From the NCBI RefSeq assembly GCF_006345805.1, contig NW_021828415.1, positions 1-8,619 of the forward strand: DNA of 8,619 nt, written 5' to 3'. This document shows, piece after piece, positions 1 to 7,924 of the stretch. The notes beneath the pieces were generated by a model. The model did no database searches. It saw only the letters and a program-made list of their open reading frames with translations, and was not told the origin of the DNA. Made by a program: the position numbers and the translations under genes. The DNA is from Octopus sinensis. Taxonomy: Eukaryota. The first letter of the stretch is position 1; every line of letters starts with the position of its first letter.

Positions 1-108
1 TCTTAAAAGAGTTGTTTTATCACTGAAGTCCCATGTCAACGATTGTCCTAGAAAAGTCATTTACTGAGGTTCGATATGAACGGAGGACAGCACTCTAACA
101 AATAAAGG

Positions 109-200
109 ATATACACACACACACACACACACCCACACACATATATATATATATATCTATTATATCTATATATATATATATAATACATATACATATATAT
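109..200. repeat. Compound (CA)n/(TA)n microsatellite
   Basis: Directly visible. Confidence 0.95.
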
Positions 201-300
201 AAAGAAGCAAACTTGTCATTCATGTAAACTATTGTTGCATTATTTGATAAATTTGCAGGTGTTAAATCTATCTTTGTTGTATATATTTTCAAATTTTGTT

Positions 301-336
301 TATGTGTGTGTGTGTGTGTGTGGTGTGTGTGTGTGC
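301..336. repeat. (TG)n microsatellite
   Basis: Directly visible. Confidence 0.95.
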
Positions 337-939
337 AGTTACCTTAGGCATACTTCTTAGTGTTTTTCAATTTCTCATATACTTTTGACTTTGATAAATC
401 TATCTTCTGTAGTTACTCATTTGGGGGCCCGTCGTTAAAGTTAGAGACAAGATTCTCTTAAATGTGACTCATAGAATAAACAGTCATAATTTCGAATCGG
501 AGTGGAGTGTGGCTGTAATATATACATGTATATAAACAAACGTATTATTTCGTATTCATTTCTGCCTTTTCGATATATGTTGCAAGAGGCAAGGTGTAAA
601 GTCTGGACGTTTATTTACATTTTTCACTATTTTTATCGAGAACCGGTTTATTTGTCTAGCACTGCTGACATATGGAGGCTTCATTATTATATTTGTATTA
701 GCCGTAAAACAGAAAGTGTGCATTCCCCTTTTAAACTTAGGGCAAATGTTGCAGTTTGTATTTGTATTTTAGTCATTTTCGATTGGGAGAGACGAAATCA
801 GTTTGTTGTTGATAGTTTGTTTACACGCGATGTCAGATTGCCAACCATTAATACGTTGGCTATGTGAAATTTATCGATCTTAAGCTCAATAAATTTTACA
901 AGTATTACTTACACATTCGCCAGCATTTCTGTCTAACAT

Positions 940-1145
940 GCTTGAATCGTTAAGAAGCACGTTTAGTAAGTATGTAGTTTTGGGTTCACTCCCTTTGCGA
1001 GGAATGTTGGGCAAATGTCTTTTTGCCATAATCTAGGTCTGTTAGTGATTTTTACTCGCAAGGAAACTGCGTGGAAACGAATGTTACATATATATGTATA
1101 TGTGTAGGTGGACATATGTATGGGTATTGGTGTTTGTGTATGTGT
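940..1145 (+). mobile_element. Highly decayed 5' part of a family A SINE
   Basis: GGGTTCACTCCCTTTGCG...TTGGGCAAATGTCTT...CATAATCTAGG (982-1038) aligns with the B-box/CORE segment at 8185-8240. It is followed by GGAAAC and a TA/TG microsatellite, as in the other copies. Ends are fuzzy. Confidence 0.6.
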
Positions 1146-1271
1146 ATGCTATATCTAAGCAAAAAATAAACTCTATACATAGTATAGTTCAAGTGAGTAA
1201 CACCGATCAGAGTCAATTTTTGTAAACATATGTTTAAGTGGAAAAATTATCAGAAATGCCATTTCTATTCA

Positions 1272-1346
1272 TTATATATATATATATATATACATATATT
1301 ATATATATCATATATATATATATATCTATATATATATATATATATC

Positions 1347-1381
<35 letters not shown>

Positions 1382-1424
1382 CATATATATTATATATCTA
1401 CATATATATATATATATATGTATA

Positions 1425-1467
<43 letters not shown>

Positions 1468-1471
1468 TATA

Positions 1472-1518
<47 letters not shown>
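1272..1518. repeat. Long interrupted (TA)n microsatellite (~245 bp)
   Basis: Directly visible; it produces the I/Y-rich ORFs 1230-1571 and 1238-1597. Confidence 0.97.
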
Positions 1519-1519
<1 letters not shown>

Positions 1520-1529
1520 GGCCTTAGCT

Positions 1530-1735
1530 GGCGAGCTCGCAGAAAAGTTAGCACGCCGGGCGAAATGTTAGCTATATTTTGTGTCTTTAAGTTCTGAGTT
1601 CAAATTCCGCCGAGGTCGACTTTGCCTTTCATCCTCTCGGGGTCGATAAATTAAATACCAGTTGCGTCCTGGGGTCGATCTAATCGACTGGCTCCATCCG
1701 CCAAAATTTCATGCCTTGTGCCTAGAGTAGAAAAG
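1530..1735 (+). mobile_element. tRNA-like SINE, family B
   Basis: Head GGCGAGCTCGCAGAAAAGTTAGCACGCCGGG, B-box-like GAGTTCAAATTCC at ~1596-1608, and body GGTCGACTTTGCCTTTCATCC...GGGGTCGAT...TCGACT...CAAAATTTCATGCCTTGTGCC. A diverged second copy is at 7925-8113 on the minus strand. Confidence 0.8.
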
Positions 1736-1739
1736 TATA

Positions 1740-2001
1740 TATGGCCTATTGGTTAGGCCACGATCGCTAGATCGTGGTTTCGATTCGTAGACCGGGCGGT
1801 GTGCTGTATTCTTGAGCAAAACACTTCATCGCACGTTGCCCTACGATCATTTCGACACCCGCCACGTGGTACATCGTGCACCTGTTCAGACAACGTCAGT
1901 TTGATGGAGAGAGTCAGTTTGATCACTATAAACAAATCATCTGTGTAGGTCGTTCAGCAAAAACTGAACACCCATACGTTTTCTTCGACGAAAGGGTCCA
2001 T
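1740..2001 (+). mobile_element. tRNA-derived SINE, family C
   Basis: A-box TGGCCTATTGG at 1742-1752, B-box-like GGTTTCGATTCG at 1776-1787, then TGTATTCTTGAGCAAAACACTT (1805-1826), which resembles the start of SINE central domains. The 3' boundary is inferred from the onset of (CATA)n. Confidence 0.65.
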
Positions 2002-2065
2002 CATACATACATACATACATACATACACACATACATACATACATACATACACTCACACACACATA
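2002..2065. repeat. (CATA)n/(CA)n microsatellite
   Basis: Directly visible. Confidence 0.95.
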
Positions 2066-2099
2066 CGCACTGCTGAAGTCTTCAATTTTTTTTCATTCT

Positions 2100-2220
2100 C
2101 TCTCTTTTTATTTTCACTTATTCCTTTATGTTGAAGAGCATAGGCTCGAAAAGTAAAAGACTTTTAAATTTTTCTCGAGCGTCAAACTAATACAACTGTT
2201 TGTTGTTCATACACCTCTCA
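2100..2220 (+). mobile_element. Probable Penelope-like element terminal fragment or non-autonomous derivative carrying the hammerhead relic
   Basis: Non-microsatellite block surrounding the 2124-2159 motif. Minimal type I hammerheads are an established feature of Penelope-like terminal repeats. No RT or GIY-YIG coding sequence is seen and the boundaries are approximate. Confidence 0.35.
2124..2159 (+). ncRNA. Degenerate hammerhead ribozyme relic
   Basis: CUUU-AUGUUGA-A-GAGC-auag-GCUC-GAAA-A-GUA^AAAG. Stem I (CUUU/AAAG), stem II (GAGC/GCUC), GAAA and the GUA triplet are in the correct order and spacing. C3, A6 and C15.2 are substituted, so it is likely inactive. Confidence 0.55.
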
Positions 2221-2234
2221 ATTTTGCACACCAA

Positions 2235-2402
2235 GAAATAATACTTAAAGGATATAACCAAAATTACCAGCTGGGCATATAATATTAATTATATCATACT
2301 TTAGTTAATACTTATATTTATTAAATATGAAAGAACTACACGTGTTTTCCCATTGGATTACAATATATATACATATACACAACTGTATATAAAATATATC
2401 TA

Positions 2403-2443
<41 letters not shown>

Positions 2444-2842
2444 TATATATTATAATATATATATATATATATATATACATATATGTAATCGTCAGATTTA
2501 CTATTATTCAAACACTCTTCATGTTCTATTTCAAAATAGTATATATCTAATTTTACATCCCTTTAAAAATAAGCAATACAAGGGATGTTAGATTTAAAGG
2601 AATGTAAATTTAGATATATAATATTTTGAAATAAAACCTGAAGATGTGTTGGAATAATTGTAAATTTGACGATTGCATATATGTATTCATATATGTATAT
2701 ATATTGTAATCGTCCAATACTGAAACACGTATTGTTCCTTCATATTTAATAAATATAAGTATAAGCTAAAGTATGATATAATTAATGAAGTATATTATAT
2801 AGCCAGCTGGTAATTTTGGTTATATCCTTTAAGTATTATTTC
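2235..2842. mobile_element. Foldback (long inverted repeat) element, MITE/FB-like
   Basis: The outer 40 bp are a perfect inverted repeat (2235-2274 / 2803-2842). Pairing continues inward with small indels through 2476-2567 / 2593-2685, leaving a loop of ~25 nt. No convincing target-site duplication was found. Confidence 0.8.
2363..2483. repeat. (TA)n expansion in the left arm of the foldback element
   Basis: Directly visible; the partner segment in the right arm (~2677-2704) is only ~28 bp. Confidence 0.95.
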
Positions 2843-3092
2843 GTGATATACGAACTGATACCATCAGTTTACTGTCTGATAAACTCATTAGGTTATTTTT
2901 GTATTATCTGAAATAGAATACCCGCATATCGATTAATACCAAAACATAGAATAATGACATTTATCAGATACTTTGTATATTTATAGATAAGTATATTAAT
3001 ATACGATAAATAAGACCCCTACGATATGTAGATGCATATAACGCTGAAGGGTTGCACCTGACTGATTTGGAAATTTGCTTTCCCAAATATTT

Positions 3093-3265
3093 ATACACAC
3101 ACACAATACACAACACACCACCACACACACACACAACACACACACACACCACACACACCACACACACACACACACATATATATATATAGATAATATATAT
3201 ATATATATATATATTATACGCACATAATACACACAGGCGTACATATATGTGTGTGTATGTATGTA

Positions 3266-3343
<78 letters not shown>

Positions 3344-3392
3344 CCTATATATATATATATATGCATGCATGTATGTATGTATGTATATGTGT
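3093..3392. repeat. Compound microsatellite: (CA)n, (TA)n, (TATC)~19 at 3266-3341, (TATG)n
   Basis: Directly visible. Confidence 0.95.
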
Positions 3393-3627
3393 AAATACTG
3401 TAATTTGAAGTTAGAAGGCAAAAGTTGCTTTTGTGCAAACTATTAGCAGAGAGCCCAATAAAAAAAAGTTTTCAAAGCCAGTTTTAGAACAATATCGTGA
3501 CGTTATCAGAACGATTATAAACAAAGAGACACATGACAGCAAAACGAAGTCAGATATTGTAATAAATCTTGAATATTTTCGATAACCTACGACAAAACAC
3601 AAATATCTGTTTAGCAGAAAAACTGTT

Positions 3628-3651
3628 CACTCACACATATGGATATATATG

Positions 3652-3683
<32 letters not shown>

Positions 3684-3785
3684 TGTATGTATGTATGTAT
3701 GTATGTATGTATGTATGTATGTACGTACGTACGTATGTATGTTTGTATGTATGTATGTATGTGGGTAGTTAGGTAAGTAGGTAGG
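3628..3785. repeat. (TATG)n array with TACG variants and a (GTAG)n tail
   Basis: Directly visible. Confidence 0.95.
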
Positions 3786-3825
3786 TTTTTTTAATGCTTA
3801 TTTTCATGTCGCAATATAATATAAG

Positions 3826-4159
3826 CAGAAATTCCCAAACTTTTTGAGCCACCGCCTCCCTAATGGGTACATAATACCTTCAGCGCACCACACCTATTTT
3901 TATGTATAAATAAATATTTTATATTTTACTAATCTATATATTCTATGAATCATTTGATATTTAATATAATATTATATAATTTGCGTACAATACTATAATA
4001 ATATTATAATACATTCATAGCTTCCTCCAAATCACCGCCTTCCTCCGAACGCCTCCTTTTCCTCTACCACGCGCCCCACCGCCTCCTTAGACACCAGCGC
4101 CCACCTAGACCGTCTCAACAACCACCGGGCGACGGTAACGTCCACTTTGAGAACCTATG
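3826..4159. mobile_element. Decayed hAT (Charlie-like) MITE
   Basis: The left end CAGAAATTCCCAAAC and the reverse-complemented right end CATAGGTTCTCAAAG match at 10/15 positions and resemble Charlie-type CAGTGGTTCYCAAAC termini. Repeated CACCGCC motifs occur near both ends and the middle is AT-rich. The flanking 8-mers match only 4/8, so no target-site duplication is supported. Confidence 0.5.
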
Positions 4160-4247
4160 ATAAAAACGATCTAACATTAACCCGAAAGATTAATTAATAC
4201 TTTTTTGCAGAGGACAAATTTATTATTTTTTTACTAGAAAAGTATTC

Positions 4248-4292
4248 AGAGTGACTTCGAAATTTCGGCCTGCTTAGCCTTCATCGGAGTGT
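4248..4292 (-). ncRNA. Second hammerhead ribozyme motif, probably mutated or impaired
   Basis: Minus strand reads acacu-CCGAUGA-A-GGC-uaagcag-GCC-GAAA-U-UUCGAA-GUC^acucu. The core has U4->C. Stem II is GGC/GCC. Stem III AUUUCGAAGU is nearly palindromic (ACUUCGAAGU would be perfect). The GUC triplet is at 4253-4255. Stem I pairs poorly (two C.C mismatches). Confidence 0.6.
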
Positions 4293-4324
4293 TTGTCAGA
4301 TGAAAATTAAGCAAGCAACCAAGC

Positions 4325-4369
4325 CAGAGCTTAGCCGCAGTCTAATGACTGCAGGATGTAAAGAGTAAT
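4325..4369 (+). mobile_element. Isolated 3' tail of a family A SINE or its partner LINE
   Basis: GCCGCAGTCTAATGACTGCAGGATGTAAAGAGTAA matches the tail GCCGCAGTCAAATGACCGAAACAATTAAAAGAGTAA at 8583-8618. It contains the hairpin GCAGTC-taat-GACTGC (4337-4352). Confidence 0.5.
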
Positions 4370-4450
4370 ATATATGTATATTAGGAATAAAGAGATGACA
4401 AAGCCAAGGCTATGAGGAGTTTTCAGGACATTTATAAGAAATGAGATATA

Positions 4451-4498
4451 GTCTTACACCTGTTTCTGGGATATTATGGATATCCCTTCATCAGAGAC
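4451..4498 (-). ncRNA. Minimal type I hammerhead ribozyme (Penelope/retrozyme type) with intact catalytic core
   Basis: Minus strand reads GUCU-CUGAUGA-A-GGGAUAU-ccaua-AUAUCCC-A-GAAA-CA-GG-U-GUA^AGAC. Stem I is GUCU/AGAC (4495-4498/4451-4454), core CUGAUGA is 4488-4494, stem II is a perfect 7 bp (4480-4486/4468-4474), and GAAA is 4463-4466. Stem III ACAGGUGU is one base from the palindrome ACAGCUGU. Cleavage triplet is GUA, with the predicted cut between 4455 and 4454. One extra A flanks each side of stem II. Confidence 0.85.
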
Positions 4499-4535
4499 GA
4501 TGTGAGATGGTTAATAGAGGTAAATGTTTTAGTTC

Positions 4536-4800
4536 GATATATATATATATATATATATAATATAATATATATATATTATATATATATATTTGTGTGTGTG
4601 TGTGTGTGTTGTGTGTATGTATGTATGCATGTCCTAATATATATACGCACGCACAACTTCTCTATATATATATACATATATACATATATATATATATACA
4701 GTATATAAACACACCCACACATATACACGCACAAAGGGAAACAGAGAGAGGGACAGAGAGAGCGTTGCATACGTGTCTGTGTGTGTGTATGTGTGTAGCT
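4536..4800. repeat. Compound (TA)/(TG)/(CA)/(GA) microsatellite
   Basis: Directly visible. Confidence 0.9.
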
Positions 4801-4899
4801 GTTCGTCCGGCCTGGAAGCATTTACAGTAGAACTAACATATTTATTGGCAATTATATGGTACATCTTGAATGATTACGGAACGCACACTTTTACACTGG

Positions 4900-5220
4900 A
4901 TTATATATATATATTCACATACATTCATACATACATGCATACATATATGTGTGAGTGCGTGTATATATGTATACATATACACACTCACAAACACACGCAC
5001 ATATGTTTATATATATATATATATATTTACACAAATATTCATACATATATATGTGTGTGTGTGTGCTTGTATAAATATGCAAATATATTCACACACACAC
5101 ATATATATATACACTCACACACAGAAGGTTTATACATATGTGCATACATATATATATATCTATTATGTAAATAGAGGAACATATGTACACCCTTGTGTGT
5201 GTTTGTGTGTATGTGTGTAG
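4900..5220. repeat. Degenerate alternating purine-pyrimidine simple repeat tract
   Basis: Directly visible. Confidence 0.9.
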
Positions 5221-5416
5221 CTGATATAAGACACAGGAGAGAGGGGAGGAATGAAAACAGAATGATCGATAACGTCGAAACCGGAATATTGGGAAAGCAG
5301 TAGAGACAGAGTCATTAGTTTGAGATACACCCCAGCTTGAATGAATATGAGAGACGAAGGTTTGAGTGAATAGAGTAGAGGAAGAGAAAGCGAATCGATA
5401 ACTTAGGCAGAATGCA

Positions 5417-5428
5417 GCACACACACAC

Positions 5429-5458
<30 letters not shown>
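5417..5458. repeat. (CA)n microsatellite
   Basis: Directly visible. Confidence 0.95.
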
Positions 5459-5459
<1 letters not shown>

Positions 5460-5850
5460 AGTAGATTGAGGCCTTCAACTTCCGTAGGACTTCCAGACTT
5501 TCGTTTTATAGAGTAGAATTGTTTGTCGCTTTCCTGTTGGCCCTAGCTAACCCCAAGGAAAGCTCCTTTATGAACCAGCTACCAGACACGTCCGTCGTTG
5601 GTCCCTCGCCTCTTTAACAGGTTCGACAGTATGGCGGCCGAAATTAGGTAAAAGCCTAAACAGAGGAGGGATGCTGAAATCTGCTGCCGACAGAAAAAGT
5701 AGCAACACAAGTTCTGCAAAATAGGGCCCCGAATAGAGGGATCCCTGTTGATTGAAGAGAGAACAGTCATTTCCACGTGGACGTCTGTAATCATATCAAA
5801 TACGGCTAAACACAATGAAAGAAGATTTTCCGGCTGAAAACTCATGATTT
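5460..5850 (+). promoter_or_regulatory. Candidate TATA-less promoter or first-exon island
   Basis: Non-repetitive block with about 17 CpGs by eye. It carries an ETS-like ACTTCCG (~5478), a YY1-like AGTATGGCGGCC (5628-5639) and an E-box CACGTG (~5774). Confidence 0.35.
5631..5647 (+). CDS. Possible first coding micro-exon (M-A-A-E-I-R/S, phase 2), product unknown
   Basis: ATG in a strong Kozak context (A at -3, G at +4) is followed by GCG GCC GAA ATT AG|GTAAAA, a possible donor at 5648. A possible acceptor CTCTTTAACAG| ends at 5620. Without splicing the frame stops immediately (AGG TAA). Confidence 0.2.
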
Positions 5851-5874
5851 CGTATAATTAACAGTGTAATCATG

Positions 5875-5927
5875 AGTGTATATAAATGTATACACATAAA
5901 TACATGCACATACGCATATATACTACA

Positions 5928-5982
<55 letters not shown>

Positions 5983-5999
5983 GTATATATCTATATCTA

Positions 6000-6062
<63 letters not shown>

Positions 6063-6285
6063 ATATATTATATATATATAATATATATATATATATGCAT
6101 AAGTATACACAAATGCACAACGCACGCACACACACACACATATATAATTATATATATATATATATATATACTATATATATATACACAAATCTGCATAAAT
6201 TTTTGTGTGGTTGGTACGCGCGTATATATATATGCATACATGTGCGTATATATATATGTACATGTCTGCATGTATACATATATAT
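5875..6285. repeat. Compound microsatellite: (CA)n, (TATC)~15 at 6000-6059, (TA)n
   Basis: Directly visible. Confidence 0.95.
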
Positions 6286-6286
6286 T

Positions 6287-6385
6287 ATCTCTTTTGGGCC
6301 TCTGGAACTGGACTGTTGTCATGCCGCAGCAACCACATCGATCATAATTATTGTGCAATTGTAAATAATATCGATCTTGAGTACT
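6287..6385 (-). mobile_element. Possible decayed 3' tail of a family A SINE
   Basis: CTCTTTT...GACTGTTGTCATGCCGCAGCAACC...ATCGATCTTGAGTACTT loosely matches the reverse complement of 8535-8619. Confidence 0.35.
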
Positions 6386-6711
6386 TGACTTCTCTTTAGT
6401 TTATCCTCGTCACAGATATGAAAGACTTTAAGTCGTTTGATTAATAATCGATTATTCGATTATTGGCCGACGTGTTCTTGAACCAGTTTAATATTGTGTC
6501 CTGTCTATCTGTCTACCTTCATGGTCAAGAACAATACATGGAGGTATATCAAAGTATGAAAGTGAGCGACAACGGCCTTTATATTGGCTAATATATTCAC
6601 AGTTGAGGCACTTTTAATTTCATTTCCGCCGTTATTTATTCTTGAGAGATAAGAATGACTTAAAAGAAAACTAACGTACTATTTTAGCTTTCGTCAGAAA
6701 TATTTGGCATT

Positions 6712-7000
<289 letters not shown>

Positions 7001-7428
7001 TTCTTTGAGGTCACTTTACTCAATGATACATGAATGAATTAATTATTCATCGAATTAATATATCCTAAAGTATTGGTTTCTAATTAGTTCAACTAGTTGC
7101 AGATCTATATTTGCCCCCAATACAAATATATATATAATTAGAGAAAAATTATAAAATAATAAACTTCCATCTTTATAGTTTTCTGTATCTCGTAAACGGT
7201 TCGCTGAGCGATTAAGTATATTATTGGGCAGCCATATTGAAAACAACGCGGCTGCGCAGCGAGCTCCGTGGCCACACAGCTGTACCATCCTTCAAAAATG
7301 CTGACATTTTGGCTCTTTCTGTGACTTTCGTTCAAAACGATCTGCATCGCTAAATTTGTTAATTAGTGCATAGTTAATTATGTTGTCTAATTAAGAAGAC
7401 TGTGTTTGAGTCTCTTTGTTTCTTCTGT

Positions 7429-7847
7429 CTTTTATCTCTCACTTGTTTTAGTCGTTAGACACCGGCCAAGCTGGGGCACGCGTTGAAGATCTTTAACCGA
7501 AAGAATCGATCCCCGCCCACTCCACCAGTACTTATATTTTCTAAACCCGATAGCTATTCTATCGGGTTCTTTTGCCGGACCGCTAAGTTACTGGAACGTA
7601 AATACACCAACGCCGATCGTCAAGCGGTGGTGGAACATAAATACACACGACACATAAATACACACGCACACATACATACACACAAACACACACATATAGA
7701 CGGACTCCTTTCAGTTTCCGTCTACCAGATCTGCTCCTTAGTTACCCCTAGAAACTAATAGAAGACACTTGTTCAAGGTTCCACGAAATGGAATTGGATC
7801 CGGAACCATGTGCCTAAGAAGCAAAGTTGCTACCACACAGCCACACC
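7429..7847 (-). mobile_element. tRNA-derived SINE, family A, older diverged copy
   Basis: The reverse complement is collinear with 8133-8619: GGTGTGGCTGTGTGG...CACATGGTTCCGG...CCTTGAACAAGTGTCTT...GGTAGACGGAAACTGAAAGGAGTCCGTC, a TG-rich spacer, then CTTAGCGGTCCGGCAAAAGAACCCGATAGAATA...ACAAGTGAGAGATAAAAG. CTTTGTT at 7414-7420 and 7847-7853 is a possible target-site duplication. Confidence 0.85.
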
Positions 7848-7924
7848 TTTGTTCATCCTTAGCTTATGACTAAATGAAATAATATTGTTATGTGACAATT
7901 TTTGTTGTTATTTGAAGTTATTGC

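Noticed and set aside
502-867. 121-aa plus-strand ORF in non-repetitive sequence
   Set aside because: No recognisable homology, and it starts in TA-rich sequence; probably chance.
1742-1800. SINE heads as genuine tRNA genes (also 8133-8200)
   Set aside because: A and B boxes are present but no cloverleaf can be folded, and they run directly into SINE body sequence.
2488-2645. CUGANGA heptamers inside the foldback (CTGACGA minus at ~2490-2496; CTGAAGA plus at 2638-2644)
   Set aside because: Neither is followed by a stem II and GAAA, and neither is conserved in the partner arm.
2853-2869. Small hairpin AACTGAT-acc-ATCAGTT just outside the foldback (Helitron 3' hairpin?)
   Set aside because: No CTRR terminus follows, and 7-bp stems are common in AT-rich DNA.
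3415-3585. Unlisted ATG-less open frame KAKVAFVQTISREPNKKKFSKPVLEQYRDVIRTIINK...
   Set aside because: It looks protein-like but is short, with a weak acceptor and no family match that I recognise. RNA-seq or tblastn would be needed.
5261-5290. AUGAUCGAUAACGUCGAAACCGGA, a hammerhead-like 3' half
   Set aside because: No CUGANGA and no UH cleavage site; too degenerate to call.
5631-5647. MAAEI matches the N-terminus of WDFY1/2-type proteins
   Set aside because: Five residues are not diagnostic and the frame stops or splices immediately, so no gene symbol was assigned.
5579-5845. 88-aa minus-strand ORF (MSFQPENLL...)
   Set aside because: No recognisable domain. DVHVEMTVLSS only faintly recalls Cys-loop receptor strands, and no supporting splice structure was seen.
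6670-6700. Minus-strand CUGACGA-A-AGCUA-aaa-UAGU-ACGU-U, a hammerhead-like fragment
   Set aside because: It lacks the GAA of the GAAA core and stem I does not pair; at best a deleted relic.
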